From contig CAVPJW010000007.1 of the NCBI GenBank assembly GCA_963705525.1, positions 184,355-248,354 of the forward strand: 64,000 nt of DNA, in the 5' to 3' direction. The notes beneath the pieces are model-generated. The model saw nothing but the letters and a program-made list of their open reading frames with translations, ran no database searches and was not told the origin of the DNA. This document shows, piece by piece, positions 26,768 to 35,141 of the stretch; within the stretch, counting starts at the first letter, position 1, and each line of letters opens with the position of its first letter. A program made the position numbers and the translations under genes. Source of the DNA: an uncultured Acidobacteriota bacterium (GTDB lineage: Bacteria; Acidobacteriota; Vicinamibacteria; Vicinamibacterales; CAVPJW01).

Positions 26768-26861
26768 CTGCGACATGTCGGACAGGGGTCCGGGTGTAGC
26801 CCGGACTGGCGATGGGCGAATCGACGATTGATCGCACACATGCCCGGCGCCGTTCGGAGTC

Positions 26862-29330
26862 GTGTCAATGGGCGAGCTGACGAGCATTACGAAACTCTAC
26901 ATCGGGTTTGTGATCGCTGCCGGTGCGGCGTTCGTGGTGTCGACGCTGCAGCTGGGGCGTGTCACGGATCCCGCACTCTTCCTGCTCCTGCTCGCGCTCG
27001 CTGGCACCATCTCGGCACTGAAGGTCGAGCTGCCGTTGACGGGCGACTCGAGATCCACACTGTCGCCGTCGTACGCCATCGTGTTCGCATCGCTGCTGCT
27101 TCTTGAACCGCAGGCGGCCATGCTGATTGCGACAACGAGCGCGTGGAGTCAATGCACCTTCAACCTCAAGCAACCCACGCCCCCCTACAGGCTGTTGTTC
27201 AACATCGCCAGTCTCGTGACGACGGTCAAGGCCGCGGGCGCCGTGTTCGTCGCGCTGGGCGGACATCCCGGCCAGCTGTCGTTCAGCTGGCAGGGATTCG
27301 GCCTGCCGCTGGTGGCGGCAGCCGCGACGTATCTGCTGGTCAATTCGTTGCTGGTCGGTACGGCGATCGCGTTGTCGACCCGCCAGCACATTCTTCGGGT
27401 CTGGAACGAGAACATCATTTGGGGTTCCCCGAGCTATGCGGCCGGCGCCGTCATCGCGGCGCTGGTGGCCTGGCTGATCCTTCAGGCAGGCCAGTGGATT
27501 GTCTGGGCGGCCGCCATTCCCCTTTACGTGATTTACCGGACCTACAAGATGTACTCGGCGCGGATTTCAGAGGAGCGCGCACAGGTGCAGCGCATGTCCG
27601 ATCTGCACCTGGCGACCATCGAAGCGCTGGCGCTGGCGATCGAGTCGAAGGATCGAACCTCGGCTTCGCACATCCGGCGGGTGCCGGTCTATGCGACGGC
27701 GCTCGCGCGGGCTCTGGGCATGGCCGAGGCCGAGGTCGAAGGCGTCAAGACGGCGGCGCTGCTGCACGACATCGGCAAGCTCGCCGTTCCTGACCACATC
27801 CTGTCGAAGCCGGGCCCACTGACCTCGGACGAATTTCAGAAGATGCAGATTCACCCGGAGGTCGGGGCCGAGATCATCGAAGCGGTGCCATTTCCTTATC
27901 CAGTCGCCCCGATCATTCTTGGACATCACGAACGCTGGGACGGCAAGGGTTATCCGCTCGGACTGAAGGGCGAAGAGATTCCGCTGGGCGCACGCGTGCT
28001 CACCACCGTGGACTACTACGACGCGCTGGTATCGGAGCGCCCGTACCACAAGGCCATGAGCATCGAGTCAGCGGTCGAGGTCCTGCGCGACGAAAAAGGC
28101 CGGGCGCTCGATCCACGGCTGGTGGAGAAGTTCCTGGAACTCCTGCCCCGCCTGCCCGACGAGTCCGAAACGGGACCTCCCGTCAGATCGAAAGTCAGGA
28201 TGCCGGCCCCGCTGCTCCACACCGGTCCCGTGATTCCCGGGTTTGAACGCGAGAGCGCGACGAAGTCCGCCTTCGATGACATCGCTCGAGCGCATCGCGA
28301 GATCTATGCCCTCTACGAGATTGCCCAGACGATGGGCACGAGTTTGGGCGTCGCGGACACGATGGGCCTGATCTCATCGAAGCTCAGCAACCTCGTGCCG
28401 TTCTCGTGCTGCGCGCTGTTCCTCCAGAACGAGGAGACCAACTCGCTGGCGTGCCGGTTCGCCGTCGGCACCGACGCCGAGCTGCTGGCCCGCCTCACGA
28501 TTCCCCATGGCGCAGGCATGACGGGCTGGGTCGCGCGCAATCGAAAGGCGCTCGTGAACGCACGGCCCGTGATCGATCTGCAGGCCGCCGGTCTGTCGGA
28601 GCCTCTCGCACTCCAGGCCGCGCTCGTCTGTCCGCTGGTCTTCGCCGACAGATTCATCGGCACGTTGTCCGTCTATCACACCGAGCCCGGCTTCTACACC
28701 GACGACCATCGTCGTCTTCTCGATCGGGTCTCGGAGCAGGCGGCGGCGGTCATCTCCAATTCGATCGTGTTCGAGCAGACGCAGGAAGATTCGCTGACTG
28801 ATTCATTGACCGGCCTGCCCAACACGCGATTCATGTTCATGCACCTCACGCGCGAGCTGTCGCGGGCCGAGCGGATAAAGTCGCACGTCGGCCTGCTCGT
28901 CATGGACATGGATCGCTTCAAGGACATCAACGACAGCCACGGTCATCACATCGGCGATCGCGCGCTGCGACTGATGGCGAAGGTCCTCAGGTCCGCGATT
29001 CGACCTTACGACACGTGCGTGCGATACGCCGGAGACGAATTCATCGTGCTCCTGCCGGGTTGCGGGCCCGACGAGATTGAGCTCAAGCAGCACGAGCTGT
29101 GCGCCGCCCTCGATGGCCTGACGCTCGAAGTGCGGCCTGGCAGGACCGTCACGCTCGGCCTGAGCGTCGGCGGTGCGGTATTCCCCGAGGACGGCGACAC
29201 GTACGAGTCCCTGCTCGCCACTGCCGACAGTCGCATGTACAAGGACAAGGCTCGGCGGAAGGGCCTGGCCGCGCGAGGCGATCTTAGCGTCGGCGTCACC
29301 GAACCGGCATCAGTCAGCCGAGCCTCGTGA
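26862..29330 (+). CDS. Membrane-anchored HD-GYP phosphodiesterase, GAF domain and degenerate GGDEF (AGDEF) domain protein
   Basis: The N-terminal ~230 aa are polytopic. HD-GYP: HDIGKLAVPDHIL...HPEVGAEII...GHHERWDGKGYPLGL. A GAF-like region spans about res 470-620. GGDEF domain: TGLPNTRFM...DHFKDINDSHGHHIGD...RPYD-TCVRY-AGDEFIVLLPG. The start could be the GTG at 26862 or the ATG at 26868. Confidence 0.85.
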   Translation: MSMGELTSITKLYIGFVIAAGAAFVVSTLQLGRVTDPALFLLLLALAGTISALKVELPLTGDSRSTLSPSYAIVFASLLLLEPQAAMLIATTSAWSQCTFNLKQPTPPYRLLFNIASLVTTVKAAGAVFVALGGHPGQLSFSWQGFGLPLVAAAATYLLVNSLLVGTAIALSTRQHILRVWNENIIWGSPSYAAGAVIAALVAWLILQAGQWIVWAAAIPLYVIYRTYKMYSARISEERAQVQRMSDLHLATIEALALAIESKDRTSASHIRRVPVYATALARALGMAEAEVEGVKTAALLHDIGKLAVPDHILSKPGPLTSDEFQKMQIHPEVGAEIIEAVPFPYPVAPIILGHHERWDGKGYPLGLKGEEIPLGARVLTTVDYYDALVSERPYHKAMSIESAVEVLRDEKGRALDPRLVEKFLELLPRLPDESETGPPVRSKVRMPAPLLHTGPVIPGFERESATKSAFDDIARAHREIYALYEIAQTMGTSLGVADTMGLISSKLSNLVPFSCCALFLQNEETNSLACRFAVGTDAELLARLTIPHGAGMTGWVARNRKALVNARPVIDLQAAGLSEPLALQAALVCPLVFADRFIGTLSVYHTEPGFYTDDHRRLLDRVSEQAAAVISNSIVFEQTQEDSLTDSLTGLPNTRFMFMHLTRELSRAERIKSHVGLLVMDMDRFKDINDSHGHHIGDRALRLMAKVLRSAIRPYDTCVRYAGDEFIVLLPGCGPDEIELKQHELCAALDGLTLEVRPGRTVTLGLSVGGAVFPEDGDTYESLLATADSRMYKDKARRKGLAARGDLSVGVTEPASVSRAS

Positions 29331-29579
29331 CGATCCGTCGGCGGGCGATGATGGATCGATCCAGTCGGCCTTCCGTCCGCTGATCGCGGATACAGCCAGC
29401 GCCAGTCCTGTCGCCAGGAGAACGAGACTCACGCCGTCGGTCAGCCAGGTTTCCCAGGAAAAATCGTAGGCAATGAGGAGCCAGCCCGGTGCCGCCAGCG
29501 CCAGTCCCAGCGCGAGCGCAAGCGGACGATTGCGGATCAGCCGCAGCAGGGCGCCGCGTGCACGTCGCATCGTTCGCAT
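29310..29579 (-). CDS. Small membrane protein (about 89 aa), hypothetical
   Basis: This is the internal ATG of ORF 29310..29663. MRTMRRARGALLRLIRNRPLALALGLALAAPGWLLIAY...LVLLATGLALAVSAI gives two TM segments. The longer version would overlap the fabI 3' end. Confidence 0.4.
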   Translation of the reverse strand: MRTMRRARGALLRLIRNRPLALALGLALAAPGWLLIAYDFSWETWLTDGVSLVLLATGLALAVSAISGRKADWIDPSSPADGSSRGSAD

Positions 29580-29631
29580 GTCGTGGCTCGGCGCAGGTCT
29601 CGACCGAAAGGAGCCGGGCAGGGACGACCGG

Positions 29632-30405
29632 CTACATCCCCGTGGCGTGGAATCCGGCGTCAACCATCAGGACTTCGCCGGTGACGGCCTTCCCGGCGTC
29701 GCTCAGCAGGAACAGCGCCGCCGAGGCCACCTCGGCGGTCTCGACCGTGCGTCTGAGGGGAGCACGGTCGCGGTACACGCCAAGGATGCCGGAGAAACCA
29801 GAAATCCCGGACGCCGCGAGCGTCTTGATGGGACCGGCCGATATGGCATTGACCCTGATGTTCCTGGGACCGAGATCGGCGGCGAGGTACCGCACGGCTG
29901 ATTCAAGTGCGGCCTTCGCGACGCCCATCACGTTGTAGTTCGGAAAGACGCGGTCGCTGCCGAGATAGGTGAGGGTCAGGACGCTGCCTCCGCCGCGGCG
30001 TTCCATCAGCGGCGCCGCGCCGCGAGTCAGCGCGACGAGGGAATAAGCGCTGACGTCGAGCGCGATTCTGAACGCCTCACGCGTCGTCTCGACGAACGGC
30101 GCCGACAGCGCCTCTCGAGGCGCAAAGCCCACGCCGTGCACCACGAAATCGAGCGCACCCAATTCCTTGTCGATGACGGTGAAGACGTCCTGAAGCTGCT
30201 GTTCGTCGGTCACGTCCAGAGGAAGAATCAGCGGGTCTTTGAGATCTGCGGCCAGTTCGCGCACGTTTTCTTCCAACCGCTCGCCCTGGTATGTCAGTAC
30301 AAGCCGCGCTCCTGCCTGTGCGGCGGCCTGCGCGATCGCCCACGAGATGGATCGCTTGTTGGCAACGCCAACCACGAGGCCGATTTTGGACGAGAGATCG
30401 GGCAT
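29632..30405 (-). CDS. fabI: Enoyl-[acyl-carrier-protein] reductase (NADH), FabI
   Basis: GLVVGVANKRSISWAIAQA, HGVGFAP, Y..MGVAKAALE (catalytic Tyr/Lys), RVNAISAGPIKTLAA. Confidence 0.9.
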   Translation of the reverse strand: MPDLSSKIGLVVGVANKRSISWAIAQAAAQAGARLVLTYQGERLEENVRELAADLKDPLILPLDVTDEQQLQDVFTVIDKELGALDFVVHGVGFAPREALSAPFVETTREAFRIALDVSAYSLVALTRGAAPLMERRGGGSVLTLTYLGSDRVFPNYNVMGVAKAALESAVRYLAADLGPRNIRVNAISAGPIKTLAASGISGFSGILGVYRDRAPLRRTVETAEVASAALFLLSDAGKAVTGEVLMVDAGFHATGM

Positions 30406-30530
30406 GATCGGTTCTTGGCTCTCAGCTAGTCGTCTTCATTCATCGGCTTTCCGCAATCAGCTCTGGGCTTCCAGTAGGTCAGACTGGCAGGCCTGAGTTG
30501 CCGCGGCCACTCATTTGTCGATGGTTGCGC

Positions 30531-31250
30531 TCACCGGTGGCGCTTCTTGCCCGGACGCGATTGCGGGTTCATTGGATGGTTTGCCGATCGATGCTGATGG
30601 GGCGAACGATTGCCGGAACGGTTCGACATCGGACCCGGGCGATCGCCGTGCCGGTTGGGCGGACCCTGTCGCATGCCGTGTGCCTTCTGCCCCGGGCCGC
30701 CCTGCGGCTGCGAAAACCCCATGGGTCTGTTTGATCGGTGAGCCCCGCGCGGACCTCCCGGCCGGAATCGACCTGGCCGGCCGGTGGGCTGACGCATGGT
30801 GAAATCCGGCGCCGGGCGCGCGGGCACCTGACCCTCGGGTCGCGGCAGCGTCGCGCGAATCAGCGGGCGGTGTACGGGCCCGTCGTCCTCACGTGGGGCT
30901 TCCGGCGTTTCTGATGCAAGCGCCGCTTCGGGCACGGGCTCGGGCGACGTGGGCTCGGCAATCTCGCGTCGATGAACAACGGGAGGAAGAACGGCCGCGG
31001 GCGGCGTGATCGTGCCCTCGGCGTTCTGGCCGTCGAGCACCTGCTTGAACAGCGCGCCAGGCGCTTCCTTCTTCTTTCGCTGCGGGGGAACCTTCCCGTG
31101 TCGATAGTCGTGCTCGGCTTCGCACGTGGTGCACCGCGTCTGTTTGACGTCGGCCCCGATCATGGCGACCACCGCATGGTTGGTGATGCGCCGCTCGCGC
31201 GGGCAATAATCGTCCAGGATGTCACCAAGCCGAAGCTGGCGCTGCTGCAT
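30531..31250 (-). CDS. Hypothetical protein: N-terminal Cys-pair (zinc-ribbon-like) module plus long Pro/Arg/Gly-rich disordered basic tail
   Basis: This is the internal ATG of ORF 30531..31322. MQQRQLRLGDILDDYCPRERRITNH...QTRCTTCEAEHDY, followed by about 170 aa of low-complexity P/R/G/Q sequence. Confidence 0.5.
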   Translation of the reverse strand: MQQRQLRLGDILDDYCPRERRITNHAVVAMIGADVKQTRCTTCEAEHDYRHGKVPPQRKKKEAPGALFKQVLDGQNAEGTITPPAAVLPPVVHRREIAEPTSPEPVPEAALASETPEAPREDDGPVHRPLIRATLPRPEGQVPARPAPDFTMRQPTGRPGRFRPGGPRGAHRSNRPMGFSQPQGGPGQKAHGMRQGPPNRHGDRPGPMSNRSGNRSPHQHRSANHPMNPQSRPGKKRHR

Positions 31251-31368
31251 CAATCCCCCGAAATTGTGTTGGCTGGAGGCAGGATACGCGACCGTAAGGC
31301 CGCCCGATCCTAGCAAACCCACCTGAGGCGAGGCAACCTATTCGACCTGAGCCCCGCACTTCGGCGCC

Positions 31369-32598
31369 TCACCCGCGCCCGAGCGCCTCGGCCTCGCTCG
31401 GCGTTGGCTCACGGCGGGCCTTGCGGGCGGCCGTCTCGGCTGGCAACCCCCAGATCTTGATGAATCCCTCGGCCGCCGCAGGGTCGAAGCGATCGCCCTC
31501 GTCGTCGACCGCCAGCGCATGGTCGTAGAGCGCGTAGGGCGACTTCCTTCCGACGACGCGGCACTCGCCTTTCCAGAGCTTCATGCGGATCGACCCAGTG
31601 ACGCGCTCCTGAACCTTGGAGACGAAGGCATCGAGCGCCTCCCTGGTGGGCGTGAACCAGAGTCCGTTGTACACGAGATCGGCATAAGTCGGCGCCAGCT
31701 GGCGCTTGACGCGCTGCAGGTCGCGGGGGATGACAAAGGCTTCGAGTTCTCGATGGGCCGTGTGGAGCACGACGGCCGCCGGCGCTTCGTATACCTCGCG
31801 GGACTTGATGCCCACGACCCGGTTTTCAATCATGTCCACGCGGCCGACTCCGTGCGTACCGGCGATCGTCGCCAGGCTGGCGATGAGCTCCGGCATCGGC
31901 ATCGCAATGCCGCTGACGCCGGTGGGCGTGCCGCGATCGAACTCGATGTCGACGTACGCGGGGGCATCCGGACAGTCAGCCGGCGACCTGGTGATGGTGT
32001 AGACCTCTTCCGGCGGTTCCACCCACGGGTCTTCGAGCACTCCGCACTCAATCGAGCGACCCCACAGATTTTCGTCGATGGTGTACGGGCTGTCGATCGC
32101 CGCAGGCACCGGAATGCCCCTTGCCCGTGCGTAGGCAATCTCCTCCGGCCTCGTCATGCCCCACAGCCGCGCGGGCGCAATCACGCGAAGCTTCGGATTG
32201 AGCGCGCGCGCCGACACGTCGAGACGCACCTGATCGCCGCTCTTGCCCATGCATCCGTGGGCAACCGCGCCGGCGCTTTCCATCTCGGCGATGTCAACGA
32301 GCTTCCGCGCGATCAGTGGGCGCCCGAGCGCGGTCGCGAGTGGATAGCGGTCTTCGTAGATGGCCCCGGCCTGCAGCGCCGGCAGAATGAACTCGGTGGC
32401 GAACTCCTGACGGGCATCGAGCACGTGCGCGCGGACCGCGCCGGCGGCGAGGGCGCGCTCACGAACGCGCTCGAGATCACCGCCCTGGGCGAGATCGAGC
32501 GTGACCGCGACGACCTCGGCGTCGAACCGCTCGGCCAGCCAGGGGATCGCGACCGACGTCTCGAGCCCGCCTGAATACGCCAATACGATGCGTTCCAT
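31369..32598 (-). CDS. argG: Argininosuccinate synthase
   Basis: MERIVLAYSGGLETSVAIPWL (the ATP PP-loop AYSGGLDTS), HGCMGKGNDQVR-like (HGCMGKSGDQVR), and ENRVVGIKSREVYE. Confidence 0.92.
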   Translation of the reverse strand: MERIVLAYSGGLETSVAIPWLAERFDAEVVAVTLDLAQGGDLERVRERALAAGAVRAHVLDARQEFATEFILPALQAGAIYEDRYPLATALGRPLIARKLVDIAEMESAGAVAHGCMGKSGDQVRLDVSARALNPKLRVIAPARLWGMTRPEEIAYARARGIPVPAAIDSPYTIDENLWGRSIECGVLEDPWVEPPEEVYTITRSPADCPDAPAYVDIEFDRGTPTGVSGIAMPMPELIASLATIAGTHGVGRVDMIENRVVGIKSREVYEAPAAVVLHTAHRELEAFVIPRDLQRVKRQLAPTYADLVYNGLWFTPTREALDAFVSKVQERVTGSIRMKLWKGECRVVGRKSPYALYDHALAVDDEGDRFDPAAAEGFIKIWGLPAETAARKARREPTPSEAEALGRG

Positions 32599-32612
32599 CG
32601 TCTCTTTCGTCC

Positions 32613-33065
32613 CTACCGCCGCGTGAGGCTTTCGATGCGCCGCCTCAGCGCTCGCGCATGTCGGGAGTCGCGCGCGATGACCAGGATCGTGTCATCTCCC
32701 GCCAGCGTCCCCACGACCTCGGCGAGGTCCGCGCGATCGATGGCCTCACCGACCGACTGCGCCTGACCGCGGCCGGTGCGCACGACGATCAATTGCTGCA
32801 CCTGGTCCACGCGGACGACGAACTCGGCAATCGCGCGCTCGAAGACGGAAATGACCGCCGCGGGGTTGCTGGTGTCTCCGGTGGGACGCTGGTAGGCACC
32901 ATCCGCCGCGCGCTTGACGAGACCCAGGTCACGGATGTCGCGCGACAGCGTGGCCTGGGTCGCGCCCAGCCCGGCGGCCCGCAGCCGCCGCCGGAGCTGG
33001 TGCTGGCTGCGGATGCTCTCCCGATCGACGAGCTCCAGGATCGCGGCCTGACGACGGAGCTTCAT
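32613..33065 (-). CDS. argR: Arginine repressor
   Basis: QATLSRDIRDLGLVK (wHTH) and the C-terminal GTLAGDDTILVIAR (arginine-binding GT.AGDDT motif). Confidence 0.9.
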   Translation of the reverse strand: MKLRRQAAILELVDRESIRSQHQLRRRLRAAGLGATQATLSRDIRDLGLVKRAADGAYQRPTGDTSNPAAVISVFERAIAEFVVRVDQVQQLIVVRTGRGQAQSVGEAIDRADLAEVVGTLAGDDTILVIARDSRHARALRRRIESLTRR

Positions 33066-33163
33066 ACTTCTTCAACGGCCCCTGCATCTTACACGGTGCC
33101 CGTTCCGCTCTTCAACCATCGAAATCGCTCGAAGCCGCCGATCCGGGCGGCTCCCACCAGAGC

Positions 33164-33221
33164 CTTGTATAAGTATTCTGTGTTCTGTATAATTATTCTT
33201 TTGCATGAATAAAGTTGCAGA
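33164..33221 (+). promoter_or_regulatory. Three tandem 18-bp ARG boxes overlapping a TTGTAT-N17-TATAAT promoter and the argC start codon
   Basis: Boxes: ctTGtATaagtATTCtgt (33164-81), tcTGtATaattATTCttt (33184-201) and caTGAATaaagtTgCAga (33204-21). Each is separated by 2 bp and fits tnTGAATwwwwATTCAnw. The -35 is TTGTAT at 33165-70 and the -10 is TATAAT at 33188-93. The argC ATG is at 33205. Confidence 0.65.
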
Positions 33222-34248
33222 GGCTGTTGGCGCTCCCTCAGCCCGGCTCCGGCCGTCGTCGCCGCTCCAGGTCGCGGTCGCCGGCGCGACCGGATATGCC
33301 GGCCGTGAACTGGTCAGGCTGCTCGTCCGCCACCCGGCGATCACGGTTCGCACCGTGTGCTCGGGAACCGGCGCGACACCGCGAGCCATGCCTGAGCTGA
33401 CCGGCATCTGGACGGGCGAGGTCACGCCGCTCGCCGACGCCGACCTGGCCGGCGCGCACGACGTCGTGTTCCTGGCCCTGCCAGACGAGGCCGCGGCGAC
33501 ACTGACGCCTGGCCTGCTCGCGCAGGGCGTGCGAGTGATCGACCTCTCCGGGGCTCATCGCCTGAGAGACGACGATCTCCGCAGCCGCTGGTACCCGCAC
33601 GCCGAGCGCTCTGCCGCGAATCGCGCCGTCTACGGACTGCCCGAGCACCATGGTCGGGAACTGCGGGATGCACAGCTGATCGCGAGCGCGGGGTGCTATC
33701 CCACTGTGTCGCTCCTGGCCCTCAAGCCGCTCATCCAGGCCTCGCTCCTGAGCGGCGATGTCATCATCGACGCGAAATCCGGGGTGTCGGGCGCGGGCCG
33801 CACGCCGTCGGAGCGAACGCACTTCTCCGAGTGTCATGGCAATGTGGCGGCGTACGGCGTCTTCACACACCGGCACACGGCGGAGATCGAACAGGAGCTC
33901 GGACGCGAGGTCACCTTCGTGCCTCATCTGGTTCCGCTCGATCGCGGCATTCTCGCGACAATTCATGCGAGGCTGCGCCCGGGCGTCGACGAAGGTGCCG
34001 TGGCGCAGGCTTTTCATGCAGCCTACAGCCAGTCACCGTTCATCCGGCTGACCGGGTCGGCGCTGCCGGAAATCAAGCACGTCGCCCACAGCAACTTCTG
34101 CGATATCGGCTGGCGCATCGATCCGATGTCGGGCCGAATCGCGATCGTGTCCTGCATCGACAATCTCGTAAAAGGCGCGGCCGGCCAGGCGATTCAGAAC
34201 ATGAACCTCGCGTGTGGGTTTGACGAGCGGGCGGGGCTATGGCCATGA
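33205..34248 (+). CDS. argC: N-acetyl-gamma-glutamyl-phosphate reductase
   Basis: VAVAGATGYAGRELVRLL (NAD-binding) and ASAGCYPT (the active-site Cys motif). Confidence 0.9.
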   Translation: MNKVAEAVGAPSARLRPSSPLQVAVAGATGYAGRELVRLLVRHPAITVRTVCSGTGATPRAMPELTGIWTGEVTPLADADLAGAHDVVFLALPDEAAATLTPGLLAQGVRVIDLSGAHRLRDDDLRSRWYPHAERSAANRAVYGLPEHHGRELRDAQLIASAGCYPTVSLLALKPLIQASLLSGDVIIDAKSGVSGAGRTPSERTHFSECHGNVAAYGVFTHRHTAEIEQELGREVTFVPHLVPLDRGILATIHARLRPGVDEGAVAQAFHAAYSQSPFIRLTGSALPEIKHVAHSNFCDIGWRIDPMSGRIAIVSCIDNLVKGAAGQAIQNMNLACGFDERAGLWP

Positions 34249-35141
34249 CGTCGCCGACCGTCGTGAAGCTCGGCGGCGAACTCCTCTCGACGCCGTCATC
34301 GACGCGCGACCTTGCCGTCGCGCTCGCCCGCTGCAGCCGGAGGGCGCCGTTGATCGTGGTCCACGGGGGCGGGCGCGAGATAGACGGCGCGCTCCGGCAG
34401 GCCGGCATCGCGCCTCGACAGATCGACGGCGTGCGCGTCACCGACGAGCCCACGCTGGCCGTGGTCGTGTCGGTGCTCGCCGGACTTGTGAATACGCGGC
34501 TGGTGGCCGCAGTCGTGGACGCCGGTGCGGCAGCAGTTGGATTGACGGGCGCGGACGCGCGGACGCTCAACGCCAAGCCCGCGCCTCCCATCCGTGCACT
34601 CGATGGCGTGGAAACCGACCTCGGCTTCGTCGGACTGCCCGACGGCGGTGGTCCGCCGCGCCTCCTCATCGATCTGCTCGAGCGAGGATACCTGCCCGTC
34701 CTCGCCACCGTGGGGATTGGCGAGCGCGGTCAACTGCTGAACGTCAACGCCGATGCGTTCGCGGCCGACCTTGCGGCTCGACTCGGCAGCCAGCGTCTCG
34801 TGATCGCGGGCGGCACGTCGGGCGTGCTCGACGCCGACGGTCGTCCGCTGGCCGAACTGGATGGCGACGACGTGGAGACATTCTTGGCGTCGGGCGGCGC
34901 CAGCGCCGGAATGGTCGTCAAGCTCCGGTCCGCGATGCAGGCCATCGCGGGGGGAGTGGCCGAAGTGATCATCGCGAACGGCACGCTCACCGAAGTCCTG
35001 AGCGGCCTGATCCTCGATGGCCGCTCGGCCGCCGACGTCAGCTGGACTTGCATTCGAACGCCCGAAGTGTCACGGCTCAGGCTCAAAGGAGAGACCGACC
35101 GAGACGTCATCACCGCAGGATCGCCTGGAGTGCGCGCATGA
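34239..35141 (+). CDS. argB: Acetylglutamate kinase
   Basis: VVKLGGELL (the AAK N-terminal motif), VVHGGG and NVNAD. It overlaps the argC end and the argD start (ATGA). Confidence 0.88.
   Translation: MAMTSPTVVKLGGELLSTPSSTRDLAVALARCSRRAPLIVVHGGGREIDGALRQAGIAPRQIDGVRVTDEPTLAVVVSVLAGLVNTRLVAAVVDAGAAAVGLTGADARTLNAKPAPPIRALDGVETDLGFVGLPDGGGPPRLLIDLLERGYLPVLATVGIGERGQLLNVNADAFAADLAARLGSQRLVIAGGTSGVLDADGRPLAELDGDDVETFLASGGASAGMVVKLRSAMQAIAGGVAEVIIANGTLTEVLSGLILDGRSAADVSWTCIRTPEVSRLRLKGETDRDVITAGSPGVRA

Noticed and set aside
26498-26861. A c-di-GMP riboswitch (GEMM) in the long leader of the HD-GYP/GGDEF gene.
   Set aside because: I could not find the conserved GEMM-I features (GCAAA-type tetraloop-receptor context, ACGCAAAGC-like segments). 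A sigma-54 promoter plus enhancer region explains the long gap better.
34214-35137. The N-terminal 308 codons of the 718-aa ORF 34214..36370, which would make a giant ArgD.
   Set aside because: This part is Arg/Gly-rich and implausible, and it overlaps the well-supported argB frame. A proper ArgD N-terminus begins at the ATG at 35138, which overlaps the argB stop (ATGA).
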